NCBI GenBank assembly: GCA_050613775.1
Contig: JBODTK010000110.1
Location: 124,001-188,000, forward strand
From: Neocallimastix sp. 'constans'
Lineage: Eukaryota
Direction: 5' to 3'
Length of the DNA stretch: 64,000 bases
Of this stretch, positions 1 to 11,840 are shown piece by piece; within the stretch, counting starts at the first letter, position 1; every line of letters begins with the position of its first letter. Under the pieces are notes generated by a model. The model was not told where the DNA came from and did no database searches. It saw nothing but the letters and a program-made list of their open reading frames with translations. The position numbers and the translations under genes were made by a program.

Positions 1-1429
1 AACTATCTATTTTATTATATTATATTTTATTTTTATTAATAGTTTACTATTTTATAGTGCTTCACTCTTTATTTTGTTTTATTTAATTATAATTTTTGTT
101 TCAACAGTCAATTCTTATTTTTTTTTTTTTATTTTTTTATTTTGTTTTTGTTCATGTTTGGTATTAATTTTTTTAAATTGAAATTGATGTTTTAGTCATT
201 AATATTTATAATTCATGTTATTATACTTTTTTTTTTTTTTATTATTATTTATTTGTTTGTTTGTTTGTTTTTTATACAACAAAAAAAGTTTTTTTTTTTT
301 CTTTTTTATTAATAATAATAATAATAATAATTTATATATATAAATCATTAAGATTTTGTAAAATTAATTTTTGTTTATTTCTAAAAAAAAAAAAAGGTAC
401 AATTTTTCATTTAACTTGTTAATAGATAAAATGGCTAAGCTCTACCAAGTATATGTAAACCTTACTATTTTGATTATATTTAGAGAATTTATAATTAATA
501 AAAAAAAAAAAAAAATACAAAGCAACGATAATTTTTATATTAAATTTTCAATATAAATGCAATAAATATAATGAAATAAAATTATCATAATTATAATTTA
601 AAAATGTTAAAGGACATTTTTTTTATTCAGGAAAAAATTATATTATATTATATATAAAATTAAAAAAAAAATTAAATGTATCCACAAAAAAAAAAAAAAA
701 AAATAAATAAATAAATAACGTGGTCTTTTTATATATAAATAATCCATAGAAAAGAAAATTCTTTAAATTACTATAACTTTACATTTATATGTTCTGTTAT
801 TAATAATTTTAATAAATATTTATAATGACTGAGATTATAAAATTTAAATTATATATATATTTTTTTTTATTAATTTTATTTTATTTTATTTAACTGTCAC
901 TCTATAGTTCATAAATAAAAAAAAAAAGTATTATCTCTTTAATCTTAAATAATTTTTTTTCTCTTCATTAAAGTTAACACATCTAAAACGATGTGAACTT
1001 CTGATAGTTTTTTTTTTTTTAAATAGACCCAAGAGTAATAAAAGAATGGTTAAGTCGTTCCAATATTGATAATAAGTGCTAGTAAACTTTATTAGGTTGG
1101 TTATATTAAATTTATGATAAATAAATCAATAAATATATAAAACATAAAGATAATTTTTCTTTATTTATTCATATATAAATATTTATATAAATATTTATAT
1201 ATATATTAATTTATTTATATTTATATATATATATTTTTTAAAAAAAAATCTTTATCATTATAAGGACATTTTTTTCATTTTTATTTTTATTTTTATTTTA
1301 ATATAAAAATTGAATAAATTTAATATTATAATATATTAAAATTTAAAAATTAATAATAATAATATTTTTATATGTAAATTGATATGAATTACAAATTTGA
1401 AATTATATTGAAAAAGAAATAAAAAACGT

Positions 1430-1469
<40 letters not shown>

Positions 1470-2597
1470 CATTTTATATATAATTGATCCATATTGTGAT
1501 ACCTTTTTTTATTATTTTTATTATTATAAAATAAAAAAGATTAAACATTAAAAGGACTTTTTTTTTCCAGTTAATATATTTATATTCATTAGGATAAAGT
1601 AATATTAAATACATATTAAAAAAAATAATACATATATATATATATATACAAAATTTTTTTTTATTATTATAATATAAAATGATTAAACATTAAAAGGACT
1701 TTTTTTTTTGGTTAATATTTATATTCATTAAGACAAAATAATATTAAATACATATTAAAAAAAAAAAATGTATATATATATATATATATACAAATTTTTT
1801 TTTATTATTATATAATAAAAAAAAATTAAACATTAATAGGACTTTTTTTTTATTCCAATTTAAATTTATATTTATTAGGATATAGTAATATTAAATATAT
1901 ATTGAAAAAAATAATATATATGTATTATATTTGAAAATTGACATAAAGAACAAATTTTATATTAAATTGAAAAAGAAATGAAACATGGAAAAAACGTGTC
2001 TTTATTTATTTATTTATTTATATAAACAAAAATTTTATATAAACAATATAATACTTTATTTATATGAATATAATATATAATATTATATTTAATCCAACAC
2101 TAGAATAATTGAAATTATGAATTTTATAATTTTACCAAGTGAACTTTCAATAATGCTTTTTAATAGACCTGATGACAATGATAAAATGGTTAAGCTGTGT
2201 CAATATTGAGAAAAAGTAATAGTAAACTTTTATTATACTGGCTATATTAAAAATATTTATGATAAATAAATCAATAAATAAAAAATATAACATAAATGTA
2301 ACAATTTATACATATATTCATATATATTTGTTTATTTTTGATAAATAAATAATGATATATAATATTATATAAAACATTAAAAGGACTTTTTTTTATTTAA
2401 ATATCTATAAAAAAAATAAAAATAATATTAATAATTAAAAATTAAAATAAGGTTTATCCATATTAGAAAAAAAATTTTTTTTTTGTATAATTCTGTTACA
2501 ATTCACAATGTGGCTTTTATATCGTTGTAATTTAGCTCCTTATATTTTTAATAATTTTATAAAAAAAAAAAAATTCATATATATAATTATATATGAA

Positions 2598-2888
2598 TTT
2601 TTTTTTTTTTTTTAACGACCATAGCTAGATTTCTCCCCAGCTGCACATCCGAAGATACACAATGGTTTATTACTGGAGCCCTTAAGAAACTTGCCATACA
2701 CTTACCTAACTCAACCCTCTCAGGCCTGCAAGAAGTGTAAATCGATGAAAGTTGAATTAGAGATAAAGGGGTATCAAATGGGTATAATACTTACCTGAAA
2801 ACCCTAACCACCTAATAACGAAAAACCAGTGGAAAAAATGTTACAGGTATAGACTGGGTCGAACCAGGAACCTTATGCTCTCAAAGCT
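2598..2888 (-). mobile_element. Probable tRNA-derived SINE-like element, 5'-truncated, with poly(A) tail
   Basis: GC-rich island. The minus strand starts with a tRNA T-arm/B-box (CTGG-TTCGAC-CCAG, plus 2854-2867) and ends in a 16-nt A tract (plus T-run 2598-2613). No clear A-box or target-site duplication. Confidence 0.55.
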
Positions 2889-3147
2889 TATTTATAAATA
2901 AATGAATAAATGTATATTTAATATTTAATAAATTTTCTTAATCATTTTATTATAGAAATAAAGAATGAATAATTAAATATAAATAAAAAATATTTAAAAA
3001 GATATTTTATTTTTTAAATATTAAAAAATAATATATTTTCTAATATAATACTTTATAATTATAAAAAAAAAAAAAAAATAATTAAAACATAATTAAAAAT
3101 CTGTACTTTTTTAAAAAATATTTCAATATTTATTAAAAATAAAATTC

Positions 3148-3949
3148 AAATGGAGGTGTTGCATTTCGGAACGTGGCTTTATATAAATAAAGTCATGTCT
3201 TTAATAAACAGTTATTGTACAAGTGGCTTAAATTATATTTGATAAATAAATAATAGTATTTAAATTCTTAATAAATAATAAAATAATATTTAATTATATT
3301 TAATATTTTAATTTTTAAGATATATTTTAGTATTTAAGATATACTTTAATATATTTGTTAAAATAATGAAATAATATTTAATGATATTTGAAAGATTGAT
3401 TTTAATATTTTTTGTTAAAATGATGATAAAATATATAATAATATTTAATTTTAAAGATATATTTTAGTATTTACAATATATTTTGATATTTTTGTTAAAT
3501 TATGAATTAATATATAATGATATTTAATTTTATAGATTGATCTTAATATTATTTTTCTGTTAAAATGATAATAAAATATATAATAATATTTAATTTTATA
3601 TAATTAATATAGAAACATGTATTTAATGTATTGAAATATGGATGATCCATTAAATGCATTTTATATATATAAATATCATTAAATTATGCATTCTTAAAAA
3701 AATAAGCCTTTTGCTTCAAATAAATAAAGTTAGTAAATAAACAAATATTGAGATTTTTATCCATTATAAATAATGTATTTATGAGAAAACTTTTTTTTTT
3801 TAAAAAAAAAAATTAACCCTTTATATTTATTTCTATTTTTATTTATTTATTTATTTACAATTATTTAAAAAAAATAAAAATATGGGGCGCTAAATTTATA
3901 TTAAAATTAAAATTAAAAGCCACGTTTCAAAATACAATACATTCTATTT
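3148..3949. mobile_element. Possible MITE with imperfect ~33-bp terminal inverted repeats
   Basis: AAATGGAGGTGTTGCATTTCGGAACGTGGCTTT (3148-3180) matches the reverse complement of AAAGCCACGTTTCAAAATACAATACATTCTATTT (~3916-3949), differing mostly by transitions. The interior is non-coding. Confidence 0.4.
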
Positions 3950-4259
3950 ATTTAAATAATCTATTTATTAATTTAAATTATTTATTTTGAAATGCCACAT
4001 TTTCGAAATGCAACTTTTCGAAATGCCATACTTTTTTTTTTTTTTTTTTTTCATTTTTATTTTGGAATATATAATTGTAATTTTTTTATAAAAAAAAAAC
4101 ATATAAATCAGTAAATAAATATATTATTTTCAAATTTAAAATTTTATTGAAAAAAAAATAAAATATGTGCTTTTTATTTATGTATTTATTTATTTATTTT
4201 TTTTATATAAACAATATTTTATATGAATAATAATAAAAATAAAAATAAAAATAATAATA

Positions 4260-4706
4260 AAAATAAAAAAAAATTCATAACTGTATATATAAAATGAAAA
4301 ATCAAAGTTTTAATATAAACAGTAATTTTAATTATTTCAATGATTATTTATATATAAGACACATTAAATCCATTGTGATACTTTTTTTTTTTTTTTTTTT
4401 TTATTATAAAATATAAAAAAGTTAACATTGTAAGGTTATTTTTATGTTTTATATTATATTTCAACCCTATATTAGAATATAAATAAAAAAAAAAAAAAAA
4501 TAATTTTTATACAAATAAGAAAAAAAATAAAAATAAAAGTAAAAATTTTTATATTGGAAGTGAAGTATAAATTTTAGATTATATTAAAAAAGAAATAAAT
4601 AAAGTGTCTTATATATAAATAATCATTGAAATAATTAAAATTACTGTTTAAATTAAAATTTTGATTTTTCATTTTATATATACAGTTATGAATTTTTTTT
4701 TATTTT
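4260..4706. repeat. Inverted repeat with ~100-bp arms and ~240-bp spacer
   Basis: 4260-4362 (AATTCATAACTGTATATATAAAATGAAAAATCAAA...TATATAAGACAC) is the near-perfect reverse complement of 4604-4706. Confidence 0.85.
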
Positions 4707-5390
4707 TATTTTTATTTTTTTTAATAATAAAAAATTTTATTATAATTATCATTGATATGACAATTAAGATTACGGAATCTAATTTTAAATTATTTTTTAT
4801 TTAATTAATGTATTTCATTTTATTTTTTATTTAAAAATATTAGATTGTCACTCTATTTCTTTAATCTTATATGATCTTTTTCTTTTCATCAAAGATAATC
4901 CAACTTAAATAACTAAAAGGTGTAATTTTCCATGAGGACTTTTCAATAATATTTTTAATAGACCTAATGGTAATGATAAAATGGCTAAGCTGTGTCAATA
5001 TTGAGGGAAAATATTAGTAAATCTTATAATGGTTATATTAAAAATATTTATGATAATAATGATAAAAAAAAAGATAAATCAATAAATAAATTAATAAAAA
5101 ATTCCATGCAAAATAATTTTTTCTTTATTTACTAATTTTTGTTTAAAATATATTTTAAATATTTTTATATATTTATTTTTAATAATTTAAAATAAATCAG
5201 TGAATATATATTTAGTATTATATTTATTAAGTACAATTTATTATATTTTAAAATGACTTAACATAAAATGGAAAATGGAAAATTTTATTTTATTATAATT
5301 TGAGTAAATTAAGATAAAATTAATACTAAAATATATTAAAAAAAAAAAAAAATTAAAAATAAAAAATAAAGAAAATCCACTTCTACAAAG

Positions 5391-5422
<32 letters not shown>

Positions 5423-6313
5423 CTTTTTTTATTGAAATAAATAAAAGTATTAAGTTTTTATATAACAAAATGCATTATTATGATTAAATGAACTTATTAT
5501 TATTGATATGTACCCATTTATCTATATATTTTTGTTTTTATTGTTTTTTATTGTAATTGTATTTACTGAAATATAACTTTTATATAACATGTTTTATTAA
5601 GTACATACAATTAAATGTATTCTAATATGAAGTTGATTATATAAAATTCAACGTTTTTAAATTTGTTTTTATGTGATTTCTATATATATATATATATATA
5701 TATATTTAGTATATAATAATAAATAAATGGAGGAAGCACCTAAGTAAATATCTATATATTTATTTATTTATTTATTTATTAATTTATTTATTTATTTATC
5801 AATTTATTTATTTATTTTTTTATGTTTTATATTTTTTATATATATTTAAGTATGAATTATTTTAATTATTCATTTAATTATCTTATAATTTTTATCCAAT
5901 TAATTAGTTTTATATATTTATTTTTATTTCCGAAAATTTTTTTTTCTGAATTTTTTTTTGTGACAATTTTTTAAAAGTGTTAAGAAATTTGTTAATTAAT
6001 TTTATTAATTTAATTATTATTATATAAATTATATAAATATGTATTAACATGATACTTAATTAATTTCCTTTTATATCAATACAAAGTAAATTAACTTATA
6101 AATATAAAAAAATAAAAATAAAAATAAAAATAAAAAATAAAAAAAGAAAAGAAAAAAACTTTTTTTTTTCTTCTAATAAATAAAAAATTACAATTATTTA
6201 TATTTATATATATATATATATATTGTTAATCTTTGGTTTATATATAAAAAGATAATAATAGTTAACAAAATTTTCTAATATATATATATATATATTTAAA
6301 AAATATTTTATAA

Positions 6314-6389
<76 letters not shown>

Positions 6390-6426
6390 CATTTCTTCTC
6401 TTAAAGAGATATAATAAGAAATAAAA

Positions 6427-7237
6427 ATGTATCAAAATAATTTGAGAAAAGTTTCATACTTGACCTTAAAGCCATTAAGTATATCATATGAAAGAGTTTT
6501 ATTATCGCCATCCTACAAAAGAAATTTCAATAATATTTTAATTAGAAATAATTTTAGTAGTATAGGAAATTTTAATTCCATTCAATTCATTTCTAATAGA
6601 AATTTCAGTTCATTATTAAATAATTCAACCCATTTTAATAATAATAATGGATTGAAATTTAAAAATAATTATTGTCTTTCACCTATAAATATAAAAACCA
6701 ATGAATGTCATTCTAAATTGGAAATGAACAGTCATGGATGTGCCATTCGTTATTTATCTGCACAACCACAGCCACAGCCACAGCCACAACTAGAATCAAC
6801 TGACTATTTTGAAAGAGATGATGACATTAACACTCAAAATCAGGAAAATTTTATGACTGAAGAAACAAACAAAAATAATAATATAAATAATACTAAAAAT
6901 GACAATTATAATAACATTGATAATAATAATAATAATAATAATAATATTTATAATAATTGTGATAATGAAAATAATAATGAAAATAGGAATAATAATAATG
7001 ATAAAAGAAATAATGGGAATAATTATAATGAGGAAGCAGAAGATGAACTAAATATTTTACTCAGTTCCAAGGATAATTTCTTTGTTAGAGAATGGAAAGA
7101 AATAAAAAGCTTTTTATGGCATTTAGTTTTTGGTTCACAAGTTCTTATTCATGAAGCCCAACAAGCTTTGGAATTAAAACAAAAAAGAATTGATAATGTA
7201 CCATTAACAAGAAGAGAATCATTATTAGTAAGTTTTA

Positions 7238-7302
<65 letters not shown>

Positions 7303-7445
7303 TTCTATTTTTATTATGTATATTTTAAAATTTGAAATTTATTAATATATATAAAATTATTGATATCATTGATATGTCAAGTGGATAGTGCTTATTTCAA
7401 AATATTAATAATAAAAATTTTTATTCATATGTTCATATATTCATA

Positions 7446-7479
<34 letters not shown>

Positions 7480-7799
7480 TTTTTTCTATCTATATATTTA
7501 AACTATTTATTAGATAAGAAGATCTTTTCATGATACCCTTTGTGTTATACCATTCTTTGTATTATTAGCCATTGAACCATACTATTTATTCTTATTATCA
7601 TCAATATTTCCATCAATGGTCCCTTCAGTTTATGTGACACCACATATATTAGTAAGTTTTTATATATACATATATGTTTATTTATTCTATATTCAATTAA
7701 ATAAATATATACATAAAATAAATTAGATATAATTTTTTTTAATAAAAATTTATTTATTGTATATATATATATTATTAATTATTTTTTTTTTTTAAATTA

Positions 7800-7838
<39 letters not shown>

Positions 7839-8454
7839 TTAAAAGAAAAAAAATTTAGAAAAGAATAAGAAACATAGAAAAAGAATAGCAAAAAGTGCGG
7901 CTAAATTAGCACCATGGGTTTCTGTAAATATTATATATATATGTATATAATGAATTTCATCATTATAATTATTAATATTATTATCAATATCATTATTAAT
8001 ATTGATATAATTGTTATTAATTAATTAATTAATTAATTAATTAAAATTTAAAAGTTTAATGTTCAAGCTTTAAAGGATGAAAAGAATTTATATCATTTAA
8101 GTAAAAATGAATTTAAACAACTTGATATTGATTCCTTAAGTTGGTGGCATTTAAAATCTTGTGCAGGGTAAAAAAAAAAAAAAGAAAAAATAAAGATTAA
8201 AATAAATAAAAAATAGTATTACAATTTATCATAAATAATAAAAGAATTCGATAATAATATTAATAATAAATATAAACATAATAATAATAAACATAATAAT
8301 AATAAACATAATAATAATAAACATAATAATAATAAACATAATAATAATAAACATAATAATAATAATAATAAACATAATAATAAACATAATAATAATAATA
8401 ATAAACATAATAAACATAATAATAATAATAATAATAAACATAATAATAATAAAC

Positions 8455-8520
<66 letters not shown>

Positions 8521-8881
8521 TATTAATTTATTAATATTTAATATTACATATAATTTGTATAAAATATTTGTTATATCTTTATGTAGATACTTAGGTTTGT
8601 ATGGAATGTTACCAAAAACTGTATTAAAAATTCGTATGGATGAATACTTTGATTATATTAAATCAGATGATGAGGTAAATATATATATATATATTAAATT
8701 TTTCATCAGAATATAAAATATATGAAAATTTAATTAGGAAGGCCTATCATAGATTTTGGACTCATTTTTATTTTATTTTATTTTATTAAATATATATATA
8801 TATTTAGTTTATTAATGAAGAAGGTATTGATACCTTAACTTTAGAAGAATTAAGATTAGCAAATGAACAACGTGGATTGTA

Positions 8882-8949
<68 letters not shown>

Positions 8950-9370
8950 TATTATTATTTTTATAGCTTAATATAAAAATATGATTTTTATGTTTATATT
9001 TAATTAATAGTTTATAACATTAAAATTTAAAAAAAGTACAATGTTATAATAATGCTTTTATTAACAATTTTAATTCTATAATTTTTCTTTTATACACATA
9101 TATATATATATATATTTATAATTAATTAAAAGTAATTCTCTTGGATTATCAAAAAAGGAGCTAGCTAATAATTTACAGCATTGGATAAACTTTTTCACTA
9201 GTGAAGAAAATAAAGAAATCCCTAGAATGGTTTTAATTCTTTCTCATATCTACTCAGATAATATTAAATTTCAAGCTGAAGCAAGACAAAGAAAAGCCTA
9301 TCGTAAAAGAAAAAGACAAGAATTATTTAAAAAGTTAACTTTTTCTTCTTCTTATTCTTCTTCAGAATAA
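6427..9370 (+). CDS. LETM1-family (Mdm38/Ylh47/LETMD1-like) organellar inner-membrane protein, 7 exons, ~508 aa
   Basis: Exons 6427-7227, 7514-7651, 7846-7923, 8055-8167, 8587-8674, 8808-8878 and 9133-9370 splice in frame via GT-AG. Motifs LTRRESLLIRRSFHDTLCVIPFF...IFPSMVPSVY and YIKSDDEFINEEGIDTLTLEELRLANEQRG match the LETM1 pattern. The N-terminus is Arg/Ser-rich and presequence-like. Confidence 0.85.
8255..8520. repeat. Intronic (AAT)n microsatellite with AAACAT interruptions
   Basis: Seen directly inside the fourth intron of the LETM1-like gene. Confidence 0.95.
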
Positions 9371-9894
9371 AATTTTTGATACAAAACTAAAGAATAAATT
9401 TGTACATAATTAAAAAAAAAATAATAATAATAAAAATAAAAATAAAAAATAAAAATTAATATATATATATTTTTATTTTAATTAATACGTTTAAAATGAA
9501 AGCAAACGAACAAACGAACAAACAAACAAACAAAAAACAAAAAAAAAAAACAAAAAAAATTTAAAAACATTTTCAATAAAATTACATTTTATTATATTAC
9601 AAATATAATATTTATTAAAAAAAAAAAAAAAAAATCTCTGATGTTCAGATGTTTTTATACATTAGTCAATATTCATTAGAAATAATAATAATAATAATAA
9701 TAAATATTAATAAATATTAATAATATATAATTTTATTTTTATATTTATTAAATTTTTTTTTATAAACTAAACTTAATAATAATAATGATAATGATAGCAA
9801 CAATAATAACAATAATAATAAATAGGTTGTAAATAAATATATAACTACATATAATAAAAACAAAATTATGATTAAAATTAAAATTAAAATATAA

Positions 9895-9982
<88 letters not shown>

Positions 9983-10666
9983 ATAATAATAATATATACA
10001 TTTTAAAAAAAAATTTTTTTTTTTTTGTTTTGTTTTGATTTTTTTCTAGATTTTCTAAACTTCTTTCTAAACGAGTTTAATATTCATCCATGGAATTGAT
10101 TTATTCCTTTATATCCCCATTTTAATATAATTTATTTATATTTATCAATTTTTTTTTTTTTTTTATTTTTTATGTATATTTATTTTTTTTTTTTTTTTAT
10201 TAATAATTTGTATTTATAAATATTTTTTATAACATTTTAATATATATAATAATATGATTAGATAATAAATGAAATTAATATAGTAGTACTGTTTTTTTTT
10301 TTTTTTTTTTTTTTTGAGAATAGAAATATTAAAATTAATTAGAATAGAAATGAAATATATATATATATATTTTTATATATATATATATATACATAATTTT
10401 CTTTTTTGTTATTAGATTAATAATTTATTAGTTTTAAATTAAATAATTAAAAGCTCGTTTTCCTAATTCCATTTTTAACAAATATTAAATAAGAATAGAA
10501 AATTAAATAATAAAAAAAAAAAAATAAATATAATATAATATAGAATGATGAAAAGAAAAGAAAAGAAAATAAGGAATAAAAAAAACTAAAAAAAATAAAA
10601 TAAATAAATAAAAGAAAACTGTAATAAAATAAAATAAAATAATATAATATAAATGTATGATCTAAT

Positions 10667-10759
10667 TTATTTTTTATGCTTTTTTCCCACAACAAAAATA
10701 TTTGCTGGCCTCTTCACATTTCTACCAAAATCTACTGAAGCTAATTATATAATAAATAA

Positions 10760-10796
<37 letters not shown>

Positions 10797-11109
10797 ATTT
10801 TATTTTATTTTATTTTATTTTATTTATTTATTTATTTATTTTTTTTTTTTTTTTTTTTATTTTTTTTTTTTTAAATAATTTAAATGTTAAATTTTCATAT
10901 AATTTATATTTACTATGAAATCAATTATATATATACGTTATTACTATTATTATTATTTCAAAAAAAAAAAAAAATTTAAACTTACTTGAAATTCTTTTAA
11001 TTTTTCCTTCATAAAAGTGTTTCTTTTTAAAGTCAAGAATATTTTTAGGAATTGGTGGTCTACTAGCAAGACCTTTTTTAGTTTTTAAAGATAAAACTCG
11101 GAAACCACT

Positions 11110-11159
<50 letters not shown>

Positions 11160-11198
11160 AATTTATTTATTTATTTATTATTTTTATTTTATTTGACA

Positions 11199-11234
<36 letters not shown>

Positions 11235-11518
11235 TTTTAAAAAAAAAAATAGAAAAAAGATTTTTTTTGTTTTATTAATTGTGAATCTTTTAGATAATAA
11301 CATTTATATATATAGTAAAAATTAATTATATATATTACTAACCTTTTTATTACTTCATCCTTCTTTCTTTTTTTGTTATGATGTTCTTCATCATCTAATA
11401 AAAGATGTTTTCCTTTAGGTACAATTTTTGTTTCTTCTACTTCATTTTCACTTATAAATAATTTTATATATATAGATATATATAAATTTATATAAAATTA
11501 TATAAAATTAATTAAATG

Positions 11519-11552
<34 letters not shown>

Positions 11553-11804
11553 ATAATAAAATTAATGAATATTATTAATTATTATTTTTTTTTTATAAAA
11601 TTTAAATGTAAAATTAATATAGTTGAATTAAATTTTATTTTATTTCTTTTATATATATAATATATACCTTGTTTCTTCTTGATCTTTCGCTACCTCATCT
11701 AAAAGTTCAGTTGGAAGCATTTCTATTTTATTTTTTGATGCTTGAGCTTTTAAAAATTCATCTTTTGCTCTTCTCTTTTGTTTACGATTTTGTGCCAATC
11801 TTTT

Positions 11805-11840
<36 letters not shown>

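Larger units (their letters stand above)
894..5090. repeat. Dispersed non-coding repeat family, three diverged copies (~894-1133, ~2130-2280, ~4845-5090)
   Basis: The shared core AATAGACC..AATGG(T/C)TAAG..CAATATTGA..AGTAAA..TATATTAAA..TTTATGATAA is visible at ~1022, ~2162 and ~4957. The sub-motif AAACATTAA(A/T)AGGACTTTTT recurs at ~1545, 1685, 1829 and 2372. Confidence 0.75.

Noticed and set aside
371..556. Short F/I/L/Y/K-rich ORFs throughout the intergenic DNA (e.g. 9717, 15350, 27390, 29797, 33250, 43267, 61135, 61949)
   Set aside because: Composition is what AT-rich non-coding DNA with homopolymer runs produces; many lack an ATG start.
2787..2797. ATACTTACCTG, identical to the 5' end of U1 snRNA
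   Set aside because: The downstream sequence lacks the U1-70K loop, U1A loop and Sm site; it is better read as a splice donor on the minus strand.
2850..2890. Possible tRNA gene
   Set aside because: Only a T-arm/B-box is present; no D-arm/A-box or acceptor stem could be built.
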